Part shown: positions 48,241 to 60,331 of the stretch, piece by piece
How positions within the stretch are numbered: position 1 is the first letter of the stretch
Layout of the letters: every line of letters starts with the position of its first letter
Source of the DNA: Neodothiora populina
Taxonomy: Eukaryota
Direction: 5' to 3'
Length of the DNA stretch: 64,000 bases
Assembly: GCF_041146345.1 (NCBI RefSeq)
Contig: NW_027191413.1
Span: 930,001-994,000 of the forward strand
The notes under the pieces: generated by a model
The model's input: only the letters and a program-made list of their open reading frames with translations
Told to the model about the DNA's origin: nothing
The model's database searches: none
Program-made: the position numbers and the translations under genes

Positions 48241-51037
48241 CGGTGCGACAGTCAGACGGAAATGCTTTCTCAAATGCGACTTGCCAGTATGATTTTCAAC
48301 AACGACTGGAGGGGCGAAGCAGCTGATATGTCATGCGAAGCTGATGGTTGTTGTACAGCGAGAGTGATTACGATTACGTTTTCAGCAGAGGAATGTTGGC
48401 ACCACACTCGCAAAATCAAGTAAAGAATGCTTTTGGAAACAGGTCGCGAAGAGGTAAGAATGCCAAAGCGAGCGATAGAGGGCAATTTGGTGCGACTAAG
48501 CAAGAGATGAATAAGCGTTCTGGTTCGACGGTGTTATCTCAACTCATTAAGTACGGATAGAAGTGTGGCACAAGCTGATCGGCGGGCTAAGGCAAGGTAT
48601 GAATCGTCGCTTCCGTGAATGCATTAAAGACGGTGTTAACCGTCGTTTTACGGATACACTACCTGAATACATTACCTGAATACGTGCTCAGCTGCGGCAG
48701 TTGCCAGCGCATAGACCGTCACCACTGTTCTTTGTTGGCTGTTGGATGGCTGGCTCCCCTGACCCATTTTGGCTGTTGACAAGTCGGATAGCATTCCTTC
48801 GCTTCCCATTGTTGTGGCTGATGCACCGCAGGAAAAGGCCAGCCCGGAAAAGGCTTATTTTGTCTAGCGGCCCAGGAACAGGAAAGGGATTCAACCCAGC
48901 TGGGGGCCCCATTGGGGATCAGCGCACAAGCCGCTTGCACAGACGCGTGGTCATACACCTCAAAAGAACGTCATGTCCTGCATATCCCACGGCTGGTTGT
49001 CGTTGAGGCCGTGTCCGTAATGATCTGTCGTTTCATCAGAGGAGTGGAATGAAGAAAGCCCATGGCTAGTGGGACCAACGTCAGGTAATTGACGTCGCCT
49101 TCGTCTTTACGCCTCCGTGGGCTTCTGGTCTTTACCTGAGCCAGAGTGTTCGACTAACGACCCTGGGAAAAAGCTACGCATCTGCCATTTTATCGTCAAA
49201 CGCACCCACGTCAACAGCCTCCAAGCCACAGCCGGCGGCTACATGCAGCATGTGAAGAGCAAATGTAACTCGCACAAAAGTGCGACAGCCCATCGCCGTT
49301 CTCACTGGCTGAACCGCATGAGTCGACGCTGAGCCTAACTCTATTTCCAGCATCCACCTCTGGCGGTATTATTTCCTCGTACGATCTATCTTTATCTTCT
49401 ATACGTCGCCAAGTACATCTGTAACTCGTTATGCTTACATCACGACTGCGTGCTATTTTATTCCGTCACAGAACTCAGATCATCCGGCCACTACCGTAGA
49501 TTCTTCTGTGTATGCTCCGGCCCGATTACAGCTAAGAGTATCATAAGCCTCAGTATCGACATGGACCCATAGCCATGGATCTGAGGGTCTGAACCTCAGA
49601 CACTGACAGCGAAGATATCAATTCAATCGATAAAGCGCCGTTAGAACGCGTCAAGCTCAGCTTCCCAGCACCGGGTGCGGAGCGGCAGGCCCGTAATAAT
49701 CGTACCCAACGCCTTAAAACCCGTTGCGGTTCGTAATATAGTCAGGGATGCTCAATAACTCTTTCTCTCCATCTTACAGGAGAGTCGAAGAGCACAATCT
49801 CTTGAATGCCCACGCTGAATCCAATCACCCCTGCTCACGACCCTAGTTTCTTATATGCGCCCACACATATATACCTTAGCCCTCTCATGTCTCCTCCGTT
49901 TTTATTCTCACAATTCAAAAACGCCTTCCTCTAACGCCTTCCGCGAAATTACTTTTCCAAGTATGCGTTCGACTCGAATCTTGTTCGCCTGATTCCTGCA
50001 AATTAGAGAACCAGCTGGCTTGCAGATCCCAAGTCTGAAAGAAATGCCCGTGACGAGTTCTGGAATCAAAAAAGAAAACAACAAACGTAAGCACTTCTTG
50101 GGTGGCGAGGAAGCTCTTCACAATCTGCCAAGCTTCTCTCTCTGGAACGTCCACGCGAGGTGTCAACAAACTCGTGCGTTCGGCCTAAGGTAGGTACTTT
50201 TCTTTCTCTACGTGCATCGAGTAGCTTTTTTCTCCTCCTTGCAAACGACGCCGAAACATTAACGCCGCACGCGCGCGAGAGAAGCTGTGGTATAGGGTGG
50301 GTTTTAGTCTTTTGACTTCAAGCTGTTCGTCTTGATGGCCTCTTGGCGGACTCGGCATGAATCAAAACGGCACAATCCTATTTGCTCAAGGAGGTAGGTT
50401 CCGTTGGTCAAGCAAATATCGAGAGGATTATAAAGAAGCCCCATCAGAATCGCTTGCTATCTCGAGTCATCCGTCTGGGCGTTTTTGGACTGCGATTGTA
50501 GAAGTGATGTGGCTGGACTTCCCAGCCTCGTACGATTCTTATAGCTGACGGGCGGTCGCCATTCTGTGCTTCAGCTGAGGCTTGATCCTCTGATGCCATT
50601 GCAGCCGGGCGCCTGGCAGTAATCCAATTTTTCATTTTCGTATCGTTTGTTGATGGATCTCTGTGTTCTGTCGTTCGTCTTACATGTGATTGCAACGATT
50701 GTGTCGCATCGCGTAGTCGCCATTCTGCGGATACGGGGGTTGCAATTGTAGGTGTGCCTTGAATATCAAAGGTTGTCCATATGGTAATCTAAAATCAACT
50801 GAAAGAACCCCAAAGGTCAAGTAGGCCACCTTATTTGATACACGAGAGTCGTCGGATACGGGAGTCTGGCTCCCCTGGCTCGGTTTTCTTAAAGGCACTT
50901 GCCACCGTGCTGCGCGTGATGAAGGGAGCTGCCGTAGATTATGATGGGCTGGAATGCAAATTGCCCTTTTGCTTGCAATGGTCAACCATGAATGGTATTG
51001 TCAAGATGCCCGTATAAAGACAGAAGAAAGGTACTGC

Positions 51038-51066
51038 TCAATCCTCATCCTCGCGCTCCGTGCTCG

Positions 51067-51100
<34 letters not shown>

Positions 51101-52177
51101 GTGACCGTCCCCCTCTCCCTCAATCAGCGGAACAATCCTGAAATCAACAAACGCGACCCCCTCTCTGCCCTCCGTCTGCAGATTCGGCTCCACCTCGACA
51201 AGAAACTGCAGGCTCAAGACAGACTGCACATCAGTGCGCACACTGACCTTTGACGCACTAGTCATAGCGCGATACGCAGCCTTGAGGTGCGCGAAGCAGT
51301 AATTCGCCGTGAAAAGCGTCGCGCACTGGAACGTCTCGAGCAGCTGGGGGTCCTTGTCGAACTCGACAGTCGCGGACCCGAGGGGCCCGGACGCGGACAG
51401 AGAGAGATACGGCGAGGCCGGGGACGCGCGCAGGGAAAGCGTGGTCGGGTTTGCTGAGGCGAGCTCGTTGATGGCGTCGGCGAGGTGCGAGGCTTTCATG
51501 ATGGTTTTGAGAGATAGCGAGTCGCGGTCGAACGGGATGTCTTCTGTGCTGGACGCTTCGTAGGTCGTCAGGTCGCAGGTCGTGCTGACGCTCGATTCCG
51601 ACAGGTTGATGGATAACGGACTGCCGCGGTTTTGGTACGAGATTCGACAGAACCCTGAGTGGCCTAGTGCGGCGGAGGAAAAGGGCATCTGCGCGTGTCG
51701 GTTTAGTCTGTGGGCGGCGAAGCCGTCGTAGGGGTCCTGTTGTTGCTTGAATGATGCTGTGTCGCCCAACGTGAAGATCTGTAGAGTCTCGAGTAAGGCC
51801 GGAAGAGACAGTTGGAAGGTCGGTGGTGGAGGCGCATGCTCTGGCAGGTCATGCTGCGTCACTTCGGGATCTTGGAAGTTATAGGTCGAAAACAGAGTTT
51901 TGGAGAGGAAAACAAAGGCTGCGGGAGTTAGAGCATGGTCGAATGTGTACAAAACCGGAAAGAGTAATTCTTCATGTCCGTCTTTTCGGGGGTGGATGTC
52001 AGAGGTGCGTGATTTACCTTCCATGACACTTGTTTCTTCAGCACTGAAACGAAGGCCGTCGGCTGAGACGCGCACTTGGGTCTTGCTGGAGAAGGAAATG
52101 CATCGAAGCAAAAGATACAGTTGGCGAGCCGACGAACATATTGCACTACACAGGGGGGTGTCTGTGTTCGGAGGCAT
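51038..52177 (-). CDS. RAD1: 9-1-1 checkpoint clamp subunit Rad1 (Rad1/Rec1/Rad17 family)
   Basis: SAICSSARQLYLLLRCISF, GLRFS.EE..VME|AFVFLSK.LFS.Y, L..LLETLQIF, TTCDLTTYE, ASKVSVRTD..VLSLQF, FVDFRIVP. Intron 52017..51919; poly-Asp tail. Symbol follows S. pombe/human usage (S. cerevisiae RAD17). Confidence 0.92.
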
Positions 52178-52891
52178 ACTTGTTCGAGAAGATCGCCAAA
52201 TGGGGATGAAGTCAAGGCAGTGACTTGGCCGTGTTAGAAGTGACACTCGAAGATATGCGTGCGCTGCTTCGAGTCATGATTGTAGCATGCAAGTCGTCAA
52301 GGCTACAATTCCATAGTGGAGGTAGGGTTTTCTGAGTTCTTTGTACAGAACATCAGATATCATAACGAAAAGGTATCATTATATCGAGGTCTGATAGCAA
52401 GATTCGCGCTTCGCTGAGTAAGCGCCGAAGCGAACGATCAGAGTGAGGTGTTAGAAACCAAGATATTATTGTTCATAGCATTGACATCTTCACAGATCAA
52501 CATGGCCCTAGGCATGACTGTTACCACGGAAGAATATCGCCAGTGGTTCAAAGTATCACGGATGCAGGCTAAAGCAGGATCACTAGAGATCAAGTCTATA
52601 TTCGTTCGCGCTCGTCTCACGCGTAGCAACGTTGACCACCAAGACTATGGTGAGTTGCCTTGCACAGTGTCAACCCGAGCATTGTGCGTATCATGTCTGC
52701 AAGCAGGCGAGTTCCAGCTGGCACGTGGCTGACATTCTACACATAAAGAAGGGAAGAAGGACAGGGTGTCCTGTGCACCTATTCTGCGATGGTCGAATGA
52801 AACCTTGCATTCGAGTGGTATGGGTATCTCTGGTAATGATGGCAATACTTTTATGCATTCCTTCTTTCTTCCTGCTGTATGCCCGAAGCGA

Positions 52892-53322
52892 CTAGACGTA
52901 GACTCCAACAGCGCAAATCATGTAAACGGCGCCGAAACTATGTAGGCATTGATTAGAGGGGGCAATGATCCGGCCAATTGTCGATGAGTTCTTACCCGGC
53001 TGCCAGAGAAGCTGGGAGTGCGACGAGAGGAAGGTTCTTGGATGACGGGTCTGTCGAGCAAGGTCAGGCTGCATGTAGTGATATACCAGAAGTGCAGTGG
53101 CATACTGAGGCTGAAGTAACCAGAGAGGATTAAAGCTAGAAGCAATGTAAGTCAATCGATCAGGAGACGACCACTGCCTCATAACAGAGAAGGACTGGCA
53201 CAAAGCCTACCAATGAACAGTAACGAGAAGCCAAGCGTGAACTGAGAGTCTTTGGAAACCATGGGCTCATAAGCCTGGGTGGCAGCAGCCTCCCAGAGGT
53301 CGTGAAGTGGTTGGACAGACAT
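52892..53322 (-). CDS. OST5: Oligosaccharyltransferase subunit Ost5 (TMEM258 family), 4 exons
   Basis: Spliced MSVQPLHDLWEAAATQAYEPMVSKDSQFTLGFSLLFI|ALILSGYFSL|NPSSKNLPLVALPASLAA|GFGAVYMICAVGVYV. Two TM helices and the GVYV C-terminus. Confidence 0.9.
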
Positions 53323-53474
53323 GTCTATGATGTGTTGGGATATGTAGGCTCCGATCAATAACAGTGAGCGATAGTGAGGTGACAGATTTCGTATATCTGG
53401 ACCAGGCAGATGAACGATGTCACTATTATTGTGTACAGCAGTAGTAGCGTCTCGAGTGAGTGACAACTGGAGCT

Positions 53475-53513
53475 TCCGCTTCCACTTCCACTTCCACTTC
53501 CACTTCCACTTCC
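53475..53513. repeat. (TTCCAC)n hexamer tandem repeat in the divergent OST5/RPB2 promoter
   Basis: ttccgc ttccac x5 ttcc; degenerate copies continue to about 53625. Confidence 0.9.
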
Positions 53514-54048
53514 TTTGGGGTAATCGCGCTTGGACAGAAGGGGGTTCAGGGCGATAAGCTGTCCCCCTCCGGTGTTCCACTCCGGTGTTGCACTCCGATA
53601 TCCCGCTCCGCCATTCCACTCCGCCGAGAAGCTGCACAGTAAGTACAGCCCTACCATAAATCATGGTCCGTGCCACCGACGCCCGACGCCGCCGCTCCTC
53701 CTTGTTGCATTATTGCAAGTGTATTATTGTACTTTATCCATCTTCCACTGACTTCGACCATCACCTCCGCCTCTTTCTGTTTCCTCCTCCATCCGCCACA
53801 TCCTTTGGACGGCATTCCGTGGTGCGACTGGTTCTTTCTCTCGACCAGCGCCACCTTGCTCTGCTGCCTTGGACGTTCTTTCTTTCTTCAAGGCGAATAA
53901 ACTGCTGGCGCGGATTCTTGATTTACTAAGCAGGCACGCGCGCGCGCGCTCCACGTCGCCTCGACCCTGCCTCTGATCGATTCCCATCACACACAGTCTC
54001 ATCGAATCCGCTCTGAATTACCGTCCGACACCTCGATAAATCATCATC

Positions 54049-57000
54049 ATGGCTGACTGGGATGGCGCCGCCGGCAGCCCAGAGGGCAGTGACATGTACG
54101 ATGACCCCAGCGTGATTACCTCCGAGGACTGCTGGACCACGATCCAGTCTTTCTTCGATGCAAAAGGTCTCGTCTCTCAACAGCTCGACTCCTTCGATGA
54201 GTTCGCCGGTACCACAATGCAAGAGATTGTCAGCGAGACAGGCCGCATCGTCCTCGACCAGAACGCACCACAGAGCGACGACGAGTACAACCCCATCATC
54301 AAGCGACGATATGAGATCGAGTTCGGAAACATCACCATCTCCCAGGCTGCAATCACCGAAGGAGACGGCAGCACGAGACCGCTATACCCCAACGAGGCCC
54401 GTCTGCGAAATCTCACCTACGCCAGTCCCATCTACCTTGAGATGAAGAATAGAGTCATGGTTGCAAGAGAGAGGAGGGTAGGCGCTGCCTACGACGAAGA
54501 TGGCATGTTGATCCAGGGCCAAGAGGGCGACGAGAACGACACCGAGCTGGTGTGGGAGAAGGAGGACCCCGACGAGCCAGAAGAGTCGACCAAGGTCTTC
54601 ATCGGCAAGCTGCCCGTCATGTTGAAGTCAAAGATCTGTACCCTGCGCAATCGTTCAGAGCACGAGCTCTACGCCTTCCAGGAGTGTCCCTACGATCAGG
54701 GTGGCTACTTCATCATCAACGGAAGTGAGAAGGTCTTGATCGCCCAGGAGCGCAGTGCTGCAAACATTGTTCAGGTGTTCAAGAAGAAGGGCAGTCCCAC
54801 CCCTGTCGTTGCCGAAATCCGCAGTGCCGTCGAGAAGGGTTCACGGCTCATTTCTTCCATGCAACTCAAGCTCTTCTCCAAGGGTGAGAGTCAAAAGGGT
54901 GGTCTGGGCGGTACCATCAAAGCTACCCTTCCGTACATCAAGAGTGACATCCCCATCGCCATCGTCTTCCGCGCACTGGGAGTCGTCTCCGATATGCAGA
55001 TCCTTGACTGTATCTGTTACGACGCCAACGACTCTCAGATGAGAGAGATGATCAAGCCGTGCTTGGAGGAAGCTTTCGTCATCCAGGATCGTGAAGTCGC
55101 CCTCGACTTCATCGGAAAGCGTGGTCAGCAGATGGGCACCCGCGAGAAGCGTATCCGCTACGCTCGCGACGTTATGCAGAAGGAGTTCTTGCCCCACATC
55201 TCCCAGAAGGAGGGTAGCGAGACTCGCAAGGCCTTCTTCCTGGGTTACATGATCAACCGCTTGCTACAGTGCGCTCTAGGAAGAACCGAGGAGGATGACA
55301 GGGATCATTTCGGCAAGAAGCGTCTTGATCTTGCGGGTCCGTTGATGGCTCAAGTCTTCCGTCTCAAGTTCACTCAGCTCGTCCGCGAGATGAGAGGTTA
55401 CCTATCGCGCTCCGTCGAAACCGGCAAGGAGTTCAACCTGACCCTTGCAGTCAAGTCAAACACTCTCACGAGCGGTCTTCGTTACTGTCTTGCGACGGGT
55501 AACTGGGGTGATCAGAAGAAGGCTGCTTCCGCCAAGGCTGGTGTGTCTCAGGTCTTGAACAGATACACATATGCTTCAACCCTTTCCCATCTGCGACGAA
55601 CAAACACCCCCATCGGCCGTGACGGAAAGATCGCTAAGCCGCGCCAACTTCACAACACCCATTGGGGACTCGTCTGTCCTGCCGAAACTCCCGAGGGCCA
55701 GGCTTGTGGTCTGGTCAAGAACTTGTCACTCATGTGCTACGTCAGTGTGGGTACCCCGAGTGAGCCAATCATCGAGTTCATGAACCAGAGGAACATGGAG
55801 CTCCTCGAGGAATATGAACCCAAGAACAACCCCGACGCTACCAAGGTCTTTGTCAACGGTGTCTGGGTCGGTGTCCACAGGGACCCGTCCCAGCTTGTCA
55901 AGGTCGTGCAAAGCCTGAGGAGAAGCGGTACCATCTCCTTCGAGATCAGTTTGATTCGTGACGTTCGAGAGCGTGAGTTCAAAATCTTTACAGATGCCGG
56001 TAGAGTCATGAGACCGCTGTTCGTTGTTGACAACGACCCTTCGAGCGAGCGCCGAGGCAACTTGGTCCTCAACCGTGAACACATCGACAAACTCCAGTTC
56101 GACAGAGAGCTCGATACCACGGGTCTGAGTGAGGAGGAGCGGGCCAACAACATCTACGGCTGGAAGGGTCTGGTCAGTGACGGTATCATCGAATACCTCG
56201 ATGCCGAGGAGGAAGAAGCTGCCATGATCATCATGACCCCTGAAGATCTGGATGAGCATCGCCAATCGAGGTCTGGCCTGCCTGTCTACGACGAGCCGAC
56301 TCTAGACCCTCACAGACGCTTCAAGGCCAAGCCGAACCCGAACGTCAGAACGTGGACTCATTGCGAGATCCATCCTGCCATGATTCTTGGTATCTGTGCC
56401 TCCATTATTCCCTTCCCCGATCACAACCAGTCTCCTCGTAACACCTACCAATCTGCTATGGGTAAGCAAGCTATGGGTGTCACTCTGACCAACTACAACG
56501 TACGTATGGATACTATGGCCAACGTCCTGTATTATCCCCAGAAGCCTTTGGGTACTACAAGGTCTATGGAGTATCTCAAGTTCAGAGAGCTGCCTGCAGG
56601 CCAAAATGCCATCGTCGCCATTGCATGTTATGGAGGCTACAACCAAGAAGATTCCGTCATCATGAACCAATCTTCGATTGATCGTGGTCTCTTCCGATCG
56701 CTCTTCTACCGTGCATACATGGATCAGGAGAAGCGCGTCGGCATGTCCGTGGTTGAGCAATTCGAGAAGCCCACGAGGGCAGATACCTTGCGTATGAAGC
56801 ACGGCACCTACGACAAACTCGATGACGATGGTATCATCTCACCAGGCTCGCGTGTGTCCGGAGAGGATATCATCATCGGCAAGACCGCCCCCATGGCCCC
56901 CGATGCTGAAGAACTCGGTCAGCGCACGAAGATGCACGTCAAGCGCGACGTGTCTACACCTCTCAGATCTACGGAAAGTGGTATCATCGACCAGGTGCTA

Positions 57001-57914
57001 CTGACCACGAATATCGAAGGCCTCAAGTTCGTCAAGGTCCGAACCAGAACGACAAAGATTCCCCAGATTGGTGACAAGTTCGCTTCTCGTCACGGTCAAA
57101 AAGGTACTATTGGTGTCACCTACCGTCAAGAAGACATGCCTTTCACGGCGGATGGTCTCGTGCCCGATCTGATCATCAATCCTCACGCTATTCCATCGCG
57201 TATGACAATTGCACATTTGATCGAGTGTCTGCTTTCCAAGGTCGGTGCATTGCGCGGCCAAGAAGGTGATGCTACGCCTTTCACCGATGTCACAATCACA
57301 CAAGTCTCAGAGCTGCTCCGATCCCACGGTTTCCAACAGCGTGGTTTCGAGATCATGTACAACGGCCACACGGGCAAGAAGCAGGTCGCGCAGGTGTTCT
57401 TAGGACCTACCTACTACCAGCGTCTGCGCCACATGGTCGACGACAAGATCCACGCCCGCGCTCGTGGACCAACTCAGATCCTCACCCGTCAACCTGTCGA
57501 GGGTCGTGCCAGAGACGGTGGTCTGCGTTTCGGAGAGATGGAGCGTGATTGCATGATTTCTCACGGTGCCTCGGCGTTCCTCAAAGAGCGTCTGCTCGAC
57601 GTCAGTGACGCCTTCAGAGTCCACATTTGCGAGATTTGCGGACTCATGACGCCGATTGCGTAAGTTTTCTGACTCTTTTTCTCTCTGACGTTTTTATCTC
57701 AATCACATTCTCCTCTTGCATGACTATGGAAACTAACTCATCGTTCCACAGATCCCTCAAGAAGAACCAATTCGAGTGCCGACCCTGCCACAACAAGACG
57801 GAGATTGCACAGATCATCATTCCCTACGCCGCCAAGCTCATGTTCCAGGAGCTGGCGGCCATGAATGTCGCGACGAGAATGTACACTAAGAGAAGCGGTG
57901 TGACGATTAGATGA
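54049..57914 (+). CDS. RPB2: DNA-directed RNA polymerase II second largest subunit
   Basis: [60 protein letters not shown]-terminal Zn site. Single intron 57660..57751. Confidence 0.99.
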
Positions 57915-58925
57915 TGGAAGGTCGGGATGGGTTGGGGGTTTTTTTTTCTTTCTTCTTCTTCGTCTCCTCTTGTGCAATAGCAAAAACAATCTCTTTTTCG
58001 GGGTTTGAAAAGATACAACAGAGGAAAAAAGTTCTAGAAAAAAAACCCCCCGGAGCGAATCAAAGATACCAAGATTTGGAAAGCATAACGTGGCAGGGAG
58101 AAGTTATGGAATTTTGCAGACCATATAACAAAACGTCGCGCTGCGCGCTCAAAGCAGGATGAAGCAGAAGAACAATAGATAAGAGCGGAAGTCTTAGCGA
58201 GACAAATCAAGATTCTTCACGCTTGCTTCTCGTACATATATCTGCTCTCGGTCAATATGATAAAACACATGAGATCATGAATAGGCTTAAGAAGTGAAAA
58301 CGACAATCACAAGACCATGAATCGATTCTACTATCAGGCTACAGCAGTGGATTATACAAGGTTGCAAAAACAGGAATAGAAAGATCTAGGTTCCAAGGAC
58401 TTTCTATCCCAAGGTATTTGATGATGAAGAAGGGAAAAGAGCAAGACCAAGGCAGAATACGAGAAGAAAGGCCACGCTCGTCGTCGTGGTCGTCGTGATC
58501 GTCATCGTCATCCACACCTGTATAACGAGGCGAGACGAGCATAGACTGCATGTTGTTGCATGAGAGAGAACCAGACAAGATGTAAATGCACCGCAATCGC
58601 CAGATCCAAAACTCCAGGAACAACCACCCGCCCGTGAGAGAGTCGACGGATCTGATATCATCCAAGCCAGTCGTTCTCTTGCTCCATGTACGCCGTCACC
58701 GCCGCCGCCGCCGCCGTGGCGAAGAGTCATATGCCAAGCGCCGTGAATTCAGAGCTCCGACCTATGAAAGGAGGAAAGAAGAGGGAACTGGTTGGTTGCT
58801 GCCACGTACGCAAGTGAATTGCCAGTCGGATGCTTTGACACGCAACAGCTGCTGTGAAGCCTCAATTGATCAGATGTGTGGCAGCAACACCACTCTCTGC
58901 GTTGATCGACGAGAGAACATCTTCT

Positions 58926-59587
58926 CTACTCCATATCCTCATCTGTGAGATCCTGATGGCGAGCGAGGACGTTACGCTTGAACTCTTCAAAGTCATTATC
59001 CCAGAGCTCGGCAGCCTGGCCGTTGAGCGGACTCGCACTGCAGATGAACGTAAGCATGACGACTCCACTTACAACACGCTCAAAAAAACCCCCAACTTAC
59101 TTATTCGGCTCCCCCAACAAACTCTGCAACGACAACAACACGCTCCCGACATTCAAAACCGCGCTCCACTTATCCTTGAGAATATCAAGACAGATACGAC
59201 CCTTCATATCGACGTTGGGGTGGTAGATTGGCGTCTTGAAGCGCACCTCCGGCGGCACGTAGGGATATCTGGCGGGAAACTGAAAGTCGAGCTTGAGAGT
59301 CAGGTTGGCGTAGGGCGTGCCTTCGGGGCCGACGATGGTGCCGATCCAGTGTAGCAGGTCGCCGTTGTGGGGAAAGGCGCTGACGCCGGGGGTTGGGGAG
59401 GTCATCAGGGTCATTAGTTCGCCTTGGAGACTGGGAGCTTGGTGTCAGTATAGTTATTCGAGTGCGGAATGACGCTTGCTTTGAAGTATGGCTGAGACAA
59501 AACCTACCGCTTGATGACATTGCCGTGGTCTTTTGAGCGCGAAGGGCTGGATGGCGTCTTTGCGGAAGAGGTGACTGCGGTCGCCAT
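58926..59587 (-). CDS. UBC11: Ubiquitin-conjugating enzyme E2-C (Ubc11/UbcH10-like)
   Basis: VIK|RLQGELMTLMTSPTPGVSAFP, HPNVD..GRICLDILKDKWSAV.NV..VLLSLQSLLGEPN|ASPLNGQAAELW; two introns. Confidence 0.92.
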
Positions 59588-60331
59588 TACGAGTATATGA
59601 GTTTCTCCGAGGTCGAAGTGTTTGATGGGATAGGGTCGGAGTATATGATGATTATATGAGAAAGAATCCACCAGCGAGAGGACGACAAAAGCTTGTTGGC
59701 TGCAAGGGATTATGTGTAAGTGGAAATTGTATTGCAGAAGTTCAGGAATTGGTGGTGTTTGATGGATTTTGTTTACTGTTTACCCCAGCAACCTCGGCGG
59801 TTCACTTGGACTGTCCGAGAGCGTCGTCGCGCTGATCATGGAGTGCCGCGTCGCGTTCGTGTTGTACGTCAATCAAGGTACTGTATGTTTTACTTCACAA
59901 GGACTACCAGAGTGCAGTACTACTGTATCTACCTTAGTTTTGACGATCATACCATCTTAAGACGTAAGTGCACAAACACAAGAAATTTGATTTTCCTCGT
60001 TGGCTTCTTATCTACTAGACGTTTGCGGAAGACAGAGCACTTTGCTAAGCCATAACTCAGGCATGCACTGCATGTAGGAACAGCAGCTGCTGCCACTCTG
60101 ACCTGACGAACTTCATCTACGCAGAGGCTTGTTCTGTTGGTATACTCATCGTGCTAAGAATATAATGAGACGATCGGCCGAAATTGGTCGAGGAAGCTTG
60201 ATTTCAGCCAGTAATGCATTGAATTTGTAAGACTCGATGATCCACTTGCGGCTGGTATCCTCACCATTGCACAAGGAATCGATCGTGGAAGGGGCTAATT
60301 ATCGAAGTTTCCTCTTCGATAATCTTGTAGC

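Noticed and set aside
48241..51037. Telomerase RNA or other large ncRNA in the longest gap
   Set aside because: No TAACCCTAA-type template on either strand and no RNase P/MRP/SRP motifs recognised by eye. An Infernal scan would still be needed to exclude these fully.
58339..58730. ORFs with Gly/Asp runs between RPB2 and UBC11
   Set aside because: Low-complexity sequence between convergent 3' ends with no domain or exon logic; probably UTR.
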